Of a DNA stretch of 64,000 bases, positions 29,135 to 41,559 are shown one piece after another. This DNA is from Nemertoderma westbladi. Lineage: Eukaryota; Animalia; Xenacoelomorpha. The position numbers and the translations under genes were made by a program. Every line of letters starts with the position of its first letter. The first letter of the stretch is position 1. Location: NCBI GenBank assembly GCA_032718475.1, contig JAUCBJ010000606.1, forward strand, positions 1 to 64,000, in the 5' to 3' direction. The notes under the pieces were generated by a model, which worked only from the letters and a program-made list of their open reading frames with translations, did no database searches and had not been told where the DNA came from.

Positions 29135-29278
29135 GTAAAAAAAATTAATGTTTTGCTAAAAAAAATTAATGTTTTGTTAAAAAAAAAATAATGTTTTGAT
29201 AAAAAAAATTAATGTTTTGATAAAAAAAAAATAATGTTTTGATAAAAAAAAATAATGTTTTGCTAAAAAAAATTAATA
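29135..29278. repeat. A-rich ~21-bp minisatellite (AAAAAAAA[AT]TAATGTTTTG[CTA]T) inside a spacer
   Basis: About six to seven consecutive units. Confidence 0.85.
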
Positions 29279-32200
29279 CGAGAAAGGCATTTCCTATAGG
29301 AAATGCAACCACGAAGCTAAGGAAAATTAAACAAACGGCCACACTTTGGTTCGTTGCTTAGCCTCGTTTAGTAGCAATTGTCAATAATTAACTTCTATTC
29401 CCATGGAAACTAGAGTTCTCTGGAACTGTTGCTTTAACCTTTGAAAAAAAAATTCAGTACAGATTGTGGTTCAGATAACACATATACTGAGTTTCAGAAA
29501 ATATTGTAGTTTATGTCCAAATTACCGATTTTCTATCAAAATGCATCTGTTTGCAGTGGTTGTCATGGAAACTGAAAAATAGAACAATGTAATTCGGATG
29601 CAGAATAAGTCATATAGTGGGGGTAGGGGTTAGTCCCAAGTCATAATACTGTTAACTTGTGCTTCAAATTATCATTTTATAAATTTAAACATCTGTTTAG
29701 ACCTGTTGCTATGGTAACTGTATTTTCTAATTAACCTCAAACGGCTTGGATATGGATCTTATAGATGAGTTGCAAAACCCCAAGTTTATAAATATTACAG
29801 TTTTGCTACAAATAGAGTTATCAATATAGATTTGAATGATATAGAGTTTAATAAACTACAGTTACCATGGTAACTAAATTTCTGGAATAATTTAAGTTTC
29901 ACTAAAAGTTCCAAATAGTGGTCCAGATAACACATACCCAGTTTTGTAAAATTTTATCGTGAAGTCTATGTCCAAATGAATAAGTTTTGAATAAAAACAT
30001 ATGTTTTCAGCGGTTGTCATGGTAACTGAAAAATAGAACAATGTAATTCGGATGCAGACTAAGTTATATAGTGGGGGTAGGGGTTGGTCCCAAGTCATAA
30101 CACCTTGCCCTTAGGCCTCAAATTAACATTTTATAAATTTTAACATCTGTTTATCCCGGTTGCCAAGGTAACTGGATTTTCTATTTAGCCTCAATCGGAT
30201 CTGCTATGGACCTTATAGTTGTGTTGCGAAACCCCAAGTTTATATCTATTATAGTTTTCCTACAAATAGAGTTACAAATATTGACTTGAAATACATAGAC
30301 TTTTTTCTAAGTCCGTTGCCATGGAAACCAGATTTTTCCTGAATATGAGACCCATCCCACACGACGCGCCTTGATGAGTAGTATATACATGCAAAATTTC
30401 AGGGTACTTTTAAAGGCTAGTTTTTTCCCCGACCAAAAAAAACCAAATCTGCCCCACACAAGTAAAATAGCCCACTATGAATAGACCATCTCAGCTAAGG
30501 AAAATCTTTCTTAGCGAAAGTAGTTGATTTTCCTTAGCTTCGTGGATTAACTTGTGCTTCAAATTATCATTTTATAAATTTTAACATCTGTTTAGACTTG
30601 TTGCTATGGTAACTGTATTTTCTAATTAACGAGAAAAGCATTTCCTAAAGGAAATGCAACCACGAAGCTAAGGAAAATTAAACAAAGGGCCACAATTTGG
30701 TTTGTTGCTTAGCCTAGTTTAGTAGCATTTGCCAATAAATAACTTATATTCCCATGGAAACTAGAATTCTCTGGAACTGTTGGTTTTACCTTTGAAAAAA
30801 GATTCAGTCCAGATTGTGGTTCAACACATACCAAGTTTTGAAAATATTGAGTTTATGTCCAAATTACCGATTTTCTATCAAAATGCATCTGTTTGCAGTG
30901 GTTGTCATGGAAACTGAAAAATAGAACAATGTAATTCGGATGCAGAATAAGTCATATAGTGGGGGTAGGTCTTGGTCCCAAGTCATAATACTATTAACTT
31001 GTGTTTCAAATTATCATTTTAGAAATTTTAACATCTGTTTAGTCTTGTTGCTATGGTAATTGGATTGTGTAATTAACCTCGAATGGATTGTATATGGACC
31101 TTACAGATGAGTTGCAAAACCCCAAATTTATATTTATTACATTATTTTGCTACAAATAGAGTTTTTATTGAATTTAGACTTGAATGATATAGACTTTAAT
31201 AAACTCCAGTTACCATGGTAACAAGATATTTCTGGAATGTTTTCAGTTTCACTAAAAGTTCCAACTAATGGTCCAGATAACACATTCCCAGTTTCGTAAA
31301 ATTTTATCGCGAAGTCTATGTCCAAATGAATTATTTTAGTATAAAAACATCTGTTTTCAGCGGTTGTCATGGTAACTGCAAAATTAAACAATGAAATTCG
31401 GACGCAGAATAAGTCATATAGTGGGGGTAGGGGTTGGTCCCAAGACATAACACCTTAACCTTAGGCTTCAAATTTTCATGTTTTCAGCGGTTGCCATGGA
31501 AAGTGAGAAATAGAACAACGTAATTCGGATGCAGAATAAGTTATATAGAGGGGGTAGGGCTTGGTCCCATGTCATAATAGCTTTAACTTTTGCTTAAAAT
31601 TATCATTTTATAAATTTTAACGTCTGTTTAGCCTGGTTGTCATGGTAACAGGATTTTTTAATTTACCTCAATCTGCTCGACTATGGCCCTTGTAGTTGAG
31701 TTGAGAAACCCCAAGTTTATATCTATTGCGGTTTTTCTACAAATAGAGTTATGAATATAGACCTGAATGATATAATCTGTAATAAACTCCAGTTACCACG
31801 GTAACTAGATATTTCTGGAATGTTTTGAGTTTCACTAAAAGTTCGAACTAGTGGTCCAGATAACACATATCCAGTTTCGTAAAATTTTATCGTGAAGTCT
31901 ATGTCCAAATGAGTTATTTTCGTATAAAAACATCTGTTTTCAGCGGTTGTCATGGTAACTGCAAAATTAAACAATGAAATTCGGACGCAGAATAAGTCAT
32001 ATAGTGGGGGTAGGGGTTGGTCCCAAGACATAACACATAAACCTTAGGCTTCAAATTAACATTTTATAAATTTTAACATCTGTTTAGCCCGGTTGCCAAG
32101 GTAACTGGAATTTCTATTTAACCTCAATCGGCTCTGCTATGGACCTTATAGTTGAGTTGAGAAATCCCAAGTTTATATGTATTATAGTTTTCCTACAAAT

Positions 32201-35200
32201 AGAGTTATAAATATTGACTTGAAATACATAGACTTTTTTCTAAGTCCGTTGCCATGGAAACCAGATTTTTCCTGAATATGAGACCCATCCCACACGACGC
32301 GCCTTGATGAGTAGTATATACATGCAAAATTTCAGGGTACTTTTAAAGGCTAGTTTTTTCCCCGACCAAAAAACCCCAAATCTGCCCCACACAAGTAAAA
32401 TAGCCCACTATGAATAGACCATCTCAGCTAAGGAAAATCTTTCTTAGCGAAAGTAGTTGATTTTCCTTAGCTTCGTGGACCTCAAACGGCTTGGATATGG
32501 ATCTTATAGATGAGTTGCAAAACCCCAAGTTTATATACGAGAAAGGCATTTCCTAAAGGAAATGCAACCACGAAGCTAAGGAAAATTAAACAAACGGCCA
32601 CACTTTGGTTCGTTGCTTAGCCTCGTTTAGTAGCAATTGTCAATAATTAACTTCTATTCCCATGGAAACTAGAGTTCTCTGGAACTGTTGCTTTAACCTT
32701 TGAAAAAAAATTCAGTACAGATTGTGGTTCAGATAACACATATACTGAGTTTCAGAAAATATTGTAGTTTATGTCCAAATTACCGATTTTCTATCAAAAT
32801 GCATCTGTTTGCAGTGGTTGTCATGGAAACTGAAAAATAGAACAATGTAATTCGGATGCAGAATAAGTCATATAGTGGGGGTAGGTGTTGGTCCCAAGTC
32901 ATAATACTATTAACTTGTGCTTCAAATTATCGTTTTATAAATTTTAACATATGTTTAGTCTTGTTGCTATGGTAACTGGATTTTCTAAATAACCTCAAAC
33001 GGCTTGGATATGGATCTTATAGATGAGTTGCAAAACCCCAAGTTTATATATATTACAGTTTTGCTACAAATAGAGTTATCAATATAGATTTGAATGATAT
33101 AGAGTTTAATAAACTACAGTTACCATGGTAACTAAATTTCTGGAATAATTTAAGTTTCACTAAAAGTTCCAACTAGTGGTCCAGATAACACATACCCAGT
33201 TTTGTAAAATTTTATCGTGAAGTCTATGTCCAAATGAATAAGTTTTGAATAAAAACATCTGTTTTCAGCGGTTGTCATGGTAACTGAAAAATAGAACAAT
33301 GTAATTCGGATGCAGAATAAGTTATATAGTGGGGGTAGGGGTTGGTCCCAAGTCATAACACCTTGCCCTTAGGCCTCAGATTAACATTTTATAAATTTTA
33401 ACATCTGTTTATCCCGGTTGCCAAGGTAACTGGATTTTCTATTTAGCCTCAATCGGATCTGCTATGGACCTTATAGTTGTGTTGCGAAACCCCAAGTTTA
33501 TATCTATTATAGTTTTCCTACAAATAGAGTTATAAATATTGACTTGAAATACATAGACTTTTTTTGAAGTCCGTTGCCATGGAAACCAGATTTTTCCTGG
33601 ATATGAGACCCGGCCCAAAAGATGCGCCTCGTCGAGTAGTACATACATGCAAAATTTCAGGGTACTTTTAAAGGCTAGTTTTGTCTGGACTTCAAAAAAC
33701 CCCAAATCTGCCTCACACAAGTAAAATAGCCCACTATGAATAGACCATCTCAGCTAAGGAAAATCTTTCTTAGCGAAAGTAGTTGATTTTCCTTAGCTTC
33801 GTGGATATGGTATATGGACCTTATAGATGAGTTGCAAAACCCCAAGTTTATATATATTACAGTTTTGCTCCAAATAGAGTTATGAATATAGACTTGAATG
33901 ATATAGACTTTAAAAAAACTACATTTACCATGGTAACTAGATATTTCTGGAATGTTTTGAGTTTCACTAAAAGTTCCAACTAGTGGTCCAGATAACACAT
34001 ACCTAGTTTCGTAAAATTTTATCGTGAAGTCTATGTCCAAATGAATAATTTTTGTATAAAAACATCTGTTTTCAGCGGTTGTCAAGGTAACTGCAAAATA
34101 GAACAATCAAATTCGGATGCAGAATAAGTTATATAGTGGGGGTAGGGATTGGTCCCAAGTCATCACACCTTAACCTTAGGCTTCAAATTAACATTTTAAA
34201 AATTTTAACATCTGTTTAGCCCGGTTGCCAAGGTAACTGGATTTTCTATTTAACCTCAATCGGCTCTGCTATGGACCTTATAGTTGTGTTGAGAAACCCC
34301 AAGTTTATATGTATTATAGTTTTCCTACAAATAGAGTTACAAATATTGACTTGAAATACATAGACTTTTTTCTAAGTCCGTTGCCATGGAAACCAGATTT
34401 TTCCTGGATATGAGACCCATCCCACACGACGCGCCTTGATGAGTTGTATATACATGCAAATTTTCAGGGTACTTTTAAAGGCTAGTTTTTTCACCGGTCA
34501 AAAAACACTAAATCTGCCCCATACAAGTAAAATAGCCCACTATGAATACACCATCTCAGCTAAGGAAAATCTTTCTTAGCGAAAGTAGTTGATTTTCCTT
34601 AGCTTCGTGGATATTACAGTTTTGCTACAAATATAGTTACGAGAAAGGCATTTCCTAAAGGAAATGCAACCACGAAGCTAAGGAAAATTAAACAAACGGC
34701 CACACTTTGGTTTGTTGCTTAGCCTCGTTTAGTAGCATTTGTCAATAAATAACTTATATTCCCATGGAAACTAGAATTCTCTGGAACTGTTGGTTTTACC
34801 TTTGAAAAAAGATTCAGTCCAGATTGTGGTTCAGATAACACATATCCAGAGTTTCAGAAAATATTGTAGTTTATGTCCAAATTACCGATTTTCTATCATA
34901 ATGCATCTGTTTGCAGTGGTTGTCATGGAAACTGAAAAATAGAACAATGTAATTCGGATGCAGAATAAGTCATATAGTGGGGGTAGGTGTTGGTCCCAAG
35001 TCATAATACTATTAACTTGTGCTTCAAATTATCATTTTATAAATTTTAACATCTGTTTAGTCTTGTTGCTATGGTAATTGGATTGTCTAATTAACCTCGA
35101 ATCGGCTTGTATATGGACCTTATCAGATGAGTTGCAAAACCCCAAGTTTATATTTATTACAGTTATTTTGCTGCAAATAGAGTTATGAATTTAGACTTGA

Positions 35201-38200
35201 ATGATATAGACTTTAATAAACTCCAGTTACCATGGTAACTAGATATTTCTGGAATGTTTTAGTTTCACTAAAAGTTCCAACTAGTGGTCCAGATAACACA
35301 TACCAGTTTCGTAAAATTTTATCGCGAAGTCTATGTCCAAATGAGTAATTTTTGTATAAAAACATCTGTTTTCAGCGGTTGTCATGGTAACTGCAAAATA
35401 GAACAATCAAATTCGGACGCAGAATAAGTTATATAGTGGGGGTAGGGGTTGGTCCCAAGTCATCACACCTTAACCTTAGGCTTCAAATTAACATTTTAAA
35501 AATTTTAACATCTGTTTAGCCCGGTTGCCAAGGTAACTGGATTTTCTATTTAACCTCAATCGGCTCTGCTATGGACCTTATAGTTGTGTTGAGAAACCCC
35601 AAGTTTATATGTATTATAGTTTTCCTACAAATAGAGTTACAAATATTGACTTGAAATACATAGACTTTTTTCTAAGTCCGTTGCCATGGAAACCAGATTT
35701 TTCCTGGATATGAGACCCATCCCACACGACGCGCCTTGATGAGTTGTATATACATGCAAAATTTCAGGGTACTTTTAAAGGCTAGTTTTTTCCCCGACCA
35801 AAAAACACTAAATCTGCCCCATACAAGTAAAATAGCCCACTATGAATAGACCATCTCAGCTAAGGAAAATCTTTCTTAGCGAAAGTAGTTGATTTTCCTT
35901 AGCTTCGTGGAACTTATATTCCCATGGAAACTAGAATTCTCTGGAACTGTTGGTTTTACCTTTGAAAAAAGATTCAGTCCAGATTGTGGTTCAGATAACA
36001 CATACCAAGTTTCAGAAAATATTGTAGTTTATGTCCAAATTACCGATTTTCTATCATAATGCATCTGTTTGCAGTGGTTGTCATGGAAACTGAAAAATAG
36101 AACAATGTAATTCGGATGCAGAATAAGTCATATAATGGGGGTAGGTCTTGGTCCCAAGTCATAATACTATTAACTTGTGTTTCAAATTATCATTTTAGAA
36201 ATTTTAACATCTGTTTAGTCTTGTTGCTATGGTAATTGGATTGTGTAATTAACCTCGAATGGATTGTATATGGACCTTACAGATGACTTGCAAAACCCCA
36301 AATTTATATTTATTACATTATTTTGCTGCAAATAGAGTATTGAATTTAGACTTGAATGATATCGACTTTAATAAACTCCAGTTACCATGGTAACAAGATA
36401 TTTATGGAATGTTTTAGGTTTTACTAAAAGTTTCAACTAGTGGTCCAGATAACACATATCCAATTTCGTAAAATTTTATCGCGAAGTCTATGTCCAAATG
36501 AGTTATTTTTGTATAAAAACATCTGTTTTCAGCGGTTGTCATGGTAACTGCAAAATTAAACAATGAAATTCGGACGCAGAATAAGTCATATAGTGGGGGT
36601 AGGGGTTGGTCCCAAGACATAACACATTAACCTTAGGCTTCAAATTAACATTTTATAAATTTTAACATCTGTTTAGCCCGGTTGCCAAGGTAACTGGAAT
36701 TTCTATTTAACCTCAATCGGCTCTGCTATGGACCTTATAGTTGAGTTGAGAAATCCCAAGTTTATATGTATTATAGTTTTCCTACAAATAGAGTTATAAA
36801 TATTGACTTGAAATACATAGACTTTTTTCTAAGTCCGTTGCCATGGAAACCAGATTTTTCCTGAATATGAGACCCATCCCACACGACGCGCCTCGATGAG
36901 TAGTACATACATGCAAAATTTCAGGGTACTTTTAAAGGCTAGTTTTTTCCCCGACCAAAAAAAACAAATCTGCCTCCATACAAGTAAAATAGCCCACTAT
37001 GAATAGACCATCTCAGCTAAGGAAAATCTTTCTTAGCGAAAGTAGTTGATTTTCCTTAGCTTCGTGGATCAATATAGACTTGAATGATACTAGAAAGGCA
37101 TTTCCTAAAGGAAATGCAACCACGAAGCTAAGGAAAATTAAACAAACGGCCACAATTTGGTTCGTTGCTTAGCCTAGTTTAGTAGCATTTGCCAATAAAT
37201 AACTTCTATTCCCATGGAAACTAGAGTTCTCTGGAACTGTTGGTTTTACCTTTGAAAAAAGATTCAGTCCAGATTGTTTTTCAGATAACACATCGAGTTT
37301 CAGAAAATATTGTAGTTTATGTCCAAATTACAGATTTTCTATCAAAATGCATCTGTTTGCAGTGGTTGTCATGGAAACTGAAAAATAGAACAATGTAATT
37401 CGGATGCAGAATAAGTCATATAGTGGGGGTAGGTGTTGGTCCCAAGTCATAATACTATTAAATTGTGCTTCAAATTATCATTTTATTAATTTTAACATCT
37501 GTTTACTCTTGTTGCTATGGTAAATGGATTTTCTAATTAACTTCGAACGGCTTGTATATGGACCTTATAGATGAGTTGCAAAACCCCAAGTTTATATATA
37601 TTACAGTTTTTCTCCAAATAGAGTTATGATTATAGACTTGAATGATATATAACTTTAAAAAAACTACAGTTACCATGGTAACTAGATATTTCTGGAATGT
37701 TTTGAGTTTCACTAAAAGTTCCAACTAGTGGTCCAGATAACACATACCTAGTTTCGTAAAATTTTATCGTGAAGTCTATGTACAAATGAATAATTTTCGT
37801 ATAAAAACATCTGTTTTCAGCGGTTGTCAAGGTAACTGCAAAATAGAACAATCAAATTCGGACGCAGAATAAGTTATATAGTGGGGGTAGGGATTGGTCC
37901 CAAGTCATCACACCTTAACCTTAGGCTTCAAATTAACATTTTAAAAATTTTAACATCTGTTTAGCCCGGTTGCCAAGGTAACTGGATTTTCTATTTAACC
38001 TCAATCGGCTCTGCTATGGACCTTATAGTTGTGTTGAGAAACCCCAAGTTTATATGTATTATAGTTTTCCTACAAATAGAGTTACAAATATTGACTTGAA
38101 ATACATAGACTTTTTTCTAAGTCCGTTGCCATGGAAACCAGATTTTTCCTGGAGATGAGACCCATCCCACACGACGCGCCTTGATGAGTTGTATATACAT

Positions 38201-41200
38201 GCAAAATTTCAGGGTACTTTTAAAGGCTAGTTTTTTCCCCGACCAAAAAACCCCAAATCTGCCCCATACAAGTAAAATAGCCCACTATGAATAGACCATC
38301 TCAGCTAAGGAAAATCTTTCTTAGCGAAAGTAGTTGATTTTCCTTAGCTTCGTGGATAGAGTTTAATAAACTACAGTTACCATGGTAACTAAATTTCTGG
38401 AATAATTTAAGTTTCACTAAAAGTTCCAACTAGTGGTCCAGATAACACATACCCAGTTTTGTATAATTTTATCTCGAAGTCTATGTCCAAATGAATAATT
38501 TTTGTATAAAAACATCTGTTTTCTGCGGTTGTCATGGTAACTGAAAAATAGAACAATGTAATTCGGATGCAGAATAAGTTATATAGTGGGGGTAAGGGTT
38601 GGTCCCAAGTCATAACACCTTGCTCTTAGGCCTCAAATTAACATTTTATAAATTTTAACATCTGTTTATCCCGGTTGCCAAGGTAACTGGATTTTCTATT
38701 TAGCCTCAATCGGATCTGCTATGGACCTTATAGTTGTGTTGCGAAACCCCAAGTTTATATCTATTATAGTTTTCCTACAAATAGAGTTATAAATATTGAC
38801 TTGAAATACATAGACTTTTTTTGAAGTCCGTTGCCATGGAAACCAGATTTTTCCTGCATATGAGACCCGGCCCAAAAGATGCGCCTCGTCGAGTAGTATA
38901 TACATGCAAAATTTCAGGGTACTTTTAAAGGCTAGTTTTTTCCCCGACCAAAAAAAACCAAATCTGCCTCACACAAGTAAAATAGCCCACTATGAATAGA
39001 CCATCTCAGCTAAGGAAAATCTTTCTTAGCGAAAGTAGTTGATTTTCCTTAGCTTCGTGGACCTTTGAAAAATTTTACCTTTGAAAAAAGATTCAGTCCA
39101 GATTGTGGTTCAGATAACACATACCAAGTTTCAGAAAATATTGTAGTTTATGTCCAAATTACTAAAGGCATTTCCTAAAGGAAATGCAACCACGAAGCTA
39201 AGGAAAATTAAACAAACGGCCACAATTTGGTTCGTTGCTTAGCCTAGTTTAGTAGCATTTGCCAATAAATAACTTATATTCCCATGGAAACTAGAGTTCT
39301 CTGGAACTGTTGGTTTTACCTTTGAAAAAAGATTCAGTCCAGATTGTTTTTCAGATAACACATCGAGTTTCAGAAAATATTGTAGTTTATGTCCAAATTA
39401 CAGATTTTCTATCAAAATGCATCTGTTTGCAGTGGTTGTCATGGAAACTGAAAAATAGAACAATGTAATTCGGATGCAGAATAAGTCATATAGTGGGGGT
39501 AGGTGTTGGTCCCAAGTCATAATACTATTAAATTGTGCTTCAAATTATCATTTTATTAATTTTAACATCTGTTTACTCTTGTTGCTATGGTAAATGGATT
39601 TTCTAATTAACTTCGAACGGCTTGTATATGGACCTTATAGATGAGTTGCAAAACCCCAAGTTTATATATATTACAGTTTTTCTCCAAATAGAGTTATGAT
39701 TATAGACTTGAATGATATATAACTTTAAAAAAACTACAGTTACCATGGTAACTAGATATTTCTGGAATGTTTTGAGTTTCACTAAAAGTTCCAACTAGTG
39801 GTCCAGATAACACATACCTAGTTTCGTAAAATTTTATCGTGAAGTCTATGTACAAATGAATAATTTTCGTATAAAAACATCTGTTTTCAGCGGTTGTCAA
39901 GGTAACTGCAAAATAGAACAATCAAATTCGGACGCAGAATAAGTTATATAGTGGGGGTAGGGATTGGTCCCAAGTCATCACACCTTAACCTTAGGCTTCA
40001 AATTAACATTTTAAAAATTTTAACATCTGTTTAGCCCGGTTGCCAAGGTAACTGGATTTTCTATTTAACCTCAATCGGCTCTGCTATGGACCTTATAGTT
40101 GTGTTGAGAAACCCCAAGTTTATATGTATTATAGTTTTCCTACAAATAGAGTTACAAATATTGACTTGAAATACATAGACTTTTTCTAAGTCCGTTGCCA
40201 TGGAAACCAGATTTTTCCTGAATATGAGACCCATCCCACACGACGCGCCTTGATGAGTAGTATATACATGCAAAATTTCAGGGTACTTTTAAAGGCTAGT
40301 TTTTTCCCCGACCAAAAAAAACCAAATCTGCCTCACACAAGTAAAATAGCCCACTATGAATAGACCATCTCAGCTAAGGAAAATCTTTCTTAGCGAAAGT
40401 AGTTGATTTTCCTTAGCTTCGTGGATATTTTTTGGCATCTCCCATCGTTCCACAGATACCAAACGTGATATGAATACATTGTGTATACTGTAGCTAGGTA
40501 GGCAAAGTAAACATTCAAATATAGCCAACAATTATTTACTGCTGCTACCTTATTGAATTTAATTTAGAGTGAAACGCCCCTTAATACTGAGTGTATCATT
40601 TATTGCCAATTCAGTTTTGCATTCTAATTATTAATTTAATTAATTATTTAATTAACAACAACCATACTATAACGCAACCAATATAACAGCTCAACAAACT
40701 AGAACAAAAAGGTTAGTACTGTAGTTTCCAGAATCAACACAAATCTGTGATATAGTTTATAATAATCAATATTAAATTACATTCATTAATGTTTATTGAT
40801 CAGTTTTGTGCAAGTTGTCCACCACACCACTCATCTGCAAACTGAGACACCTGGAAGAACTACGACTACACTAACCAGTACACATTCACGGATACATTCC
40901 TCAGTTCTAGGAGGTAAATGGAAAAAGTTCATAGACCGTCTGCAAGTTTGGGTGTGAATTACATACTACTGCCTAACTGGTTCCTCAAGTCTGATGTTTT
41001 ATATGTTGCAAAATAGTTGAATGCTGGTTTGTTCAGTGACTGTTGAGGTGTGGAACAGGAAGACTCCTCTCTCTTGGCTGTTAAGTATGCAGCAGGCTGG
41101 GAACACACTAACTCCCAAGGCTGAACACTACATTACATATCTATCCAACCTTATCTTTAATCCAATTGCATCTACCGATTGGGCACTAATGTCTATTTTA

Positions 41201-41230
41201 TGCTGATGGAAACAACACGGAAAATTTCCT

Positions 41231-41262
41231 CAGCATTTAGTCGGATTCGAACCTGCGCTGCC
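41231..41262 (-). other. tRNA T-arm/B-box-like fragment, possibly a remnant of a tRNA-derived SINE
   Basis: Reverse complement reads GGCAGCGCAGGTTCGAATCCGACTAAATGCTG (B-box GGTTCGAATCC). No complete cloverleaf is visible. Confidence 0.35.
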
Positions 41263-41274
41263 AAACTGTATCCA

Positions 41275-41412
41275 CACGTACACTAGCAGTTCCTGACAGG
41301 GACAGCCCCTGTATAAACACGTAAACTAGCAGTTCTTGACAGGGACAGCCCCTGTATAAACACGTAAACTAGCAGTTCCTGGCAGGGACAGCCCCTGTAT
41401 AAACACGTACAC
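41275..41412. repeat. 43-bp tandem repeat, ~3 copies
   Basis: CACGTA[CA]ACTAGCAGTTCCTGACAGGGACAGCCCCTGTATAAA at 41275, 41318, 41361. Confidence 0.9.
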
Positions 41413-41559
41413 TGCAATGATTTTTTTGTATTGACATTTATAAATACAAGTATAATAATTTTCATGAAAAATAGAAGTAGTCCCAGGACAAAATATACAT
41501 TTTTTTGATATTCTAAAAACTGATAGTGTGGCATTGTTGGCTAGCTTTAGTAGGTTTTT

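Larger units (their letters stand above)
1..40425 (-). mobile_element. Array of nested/tandem copies of a ~1.27-kb non-autonomous Helitron/Helentron-like (HINE-type) element; continues beyond the left window edge
   Basis: Left terminus (C[GT]AGAAAGGCATTTCCTAAAGGAAATGCAACCACGAAGCTAAGGAAAAT) at 398,1726,3091,4482,4739,9833,11286,12669,14108,14364,14616,17995,21680,24251,25541,26903,29279,30630,32538,34640,37090,39162. Right terminus (ATTTTCCTTAGCTTCGTGGA) ends at 386,1666,2979,4363,6005,7614,8626,9556,11103,12558,13939,15882,16900,17915,19270,21544,22933,23974,25517,26807,28166,29066,30546,32479,33805,34611,35911,37068,38356,39061,40425. No TSD at nested sites and no transposase ORF. Confidence 0.88.

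Noticed and set aside
1020-40273. Recurrent short ORFs (MTWDQPLPP..., MYILLDEAH..., MELLVKLK...) as a multigene family
   Set aside because: They are chance frames in the repeated element. Lengths, stops and frameshifts vary freely between copies and no domain is recognisable.
1-40425. True CRISPR array
   Set aside because: The repeats are ~1.27-kb nested mobile elements, spacer length is highly variable, there are no cas genes and the context is eukaryotic. The resemblance is only an analogy.
1-40425. Simple satellite or cut-and-paste MITE array
   Set aside because: Junctions are heterogeneous and nested, the inverted repeats are asymmetric (subterminal at one end), and reconstructed targets show no TSD.
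41231-41290. Functional tRNA gene
   Set aside because: Only a T-arm/B-box-like piece is present; no D-arm or full acceptor stem could be folded.
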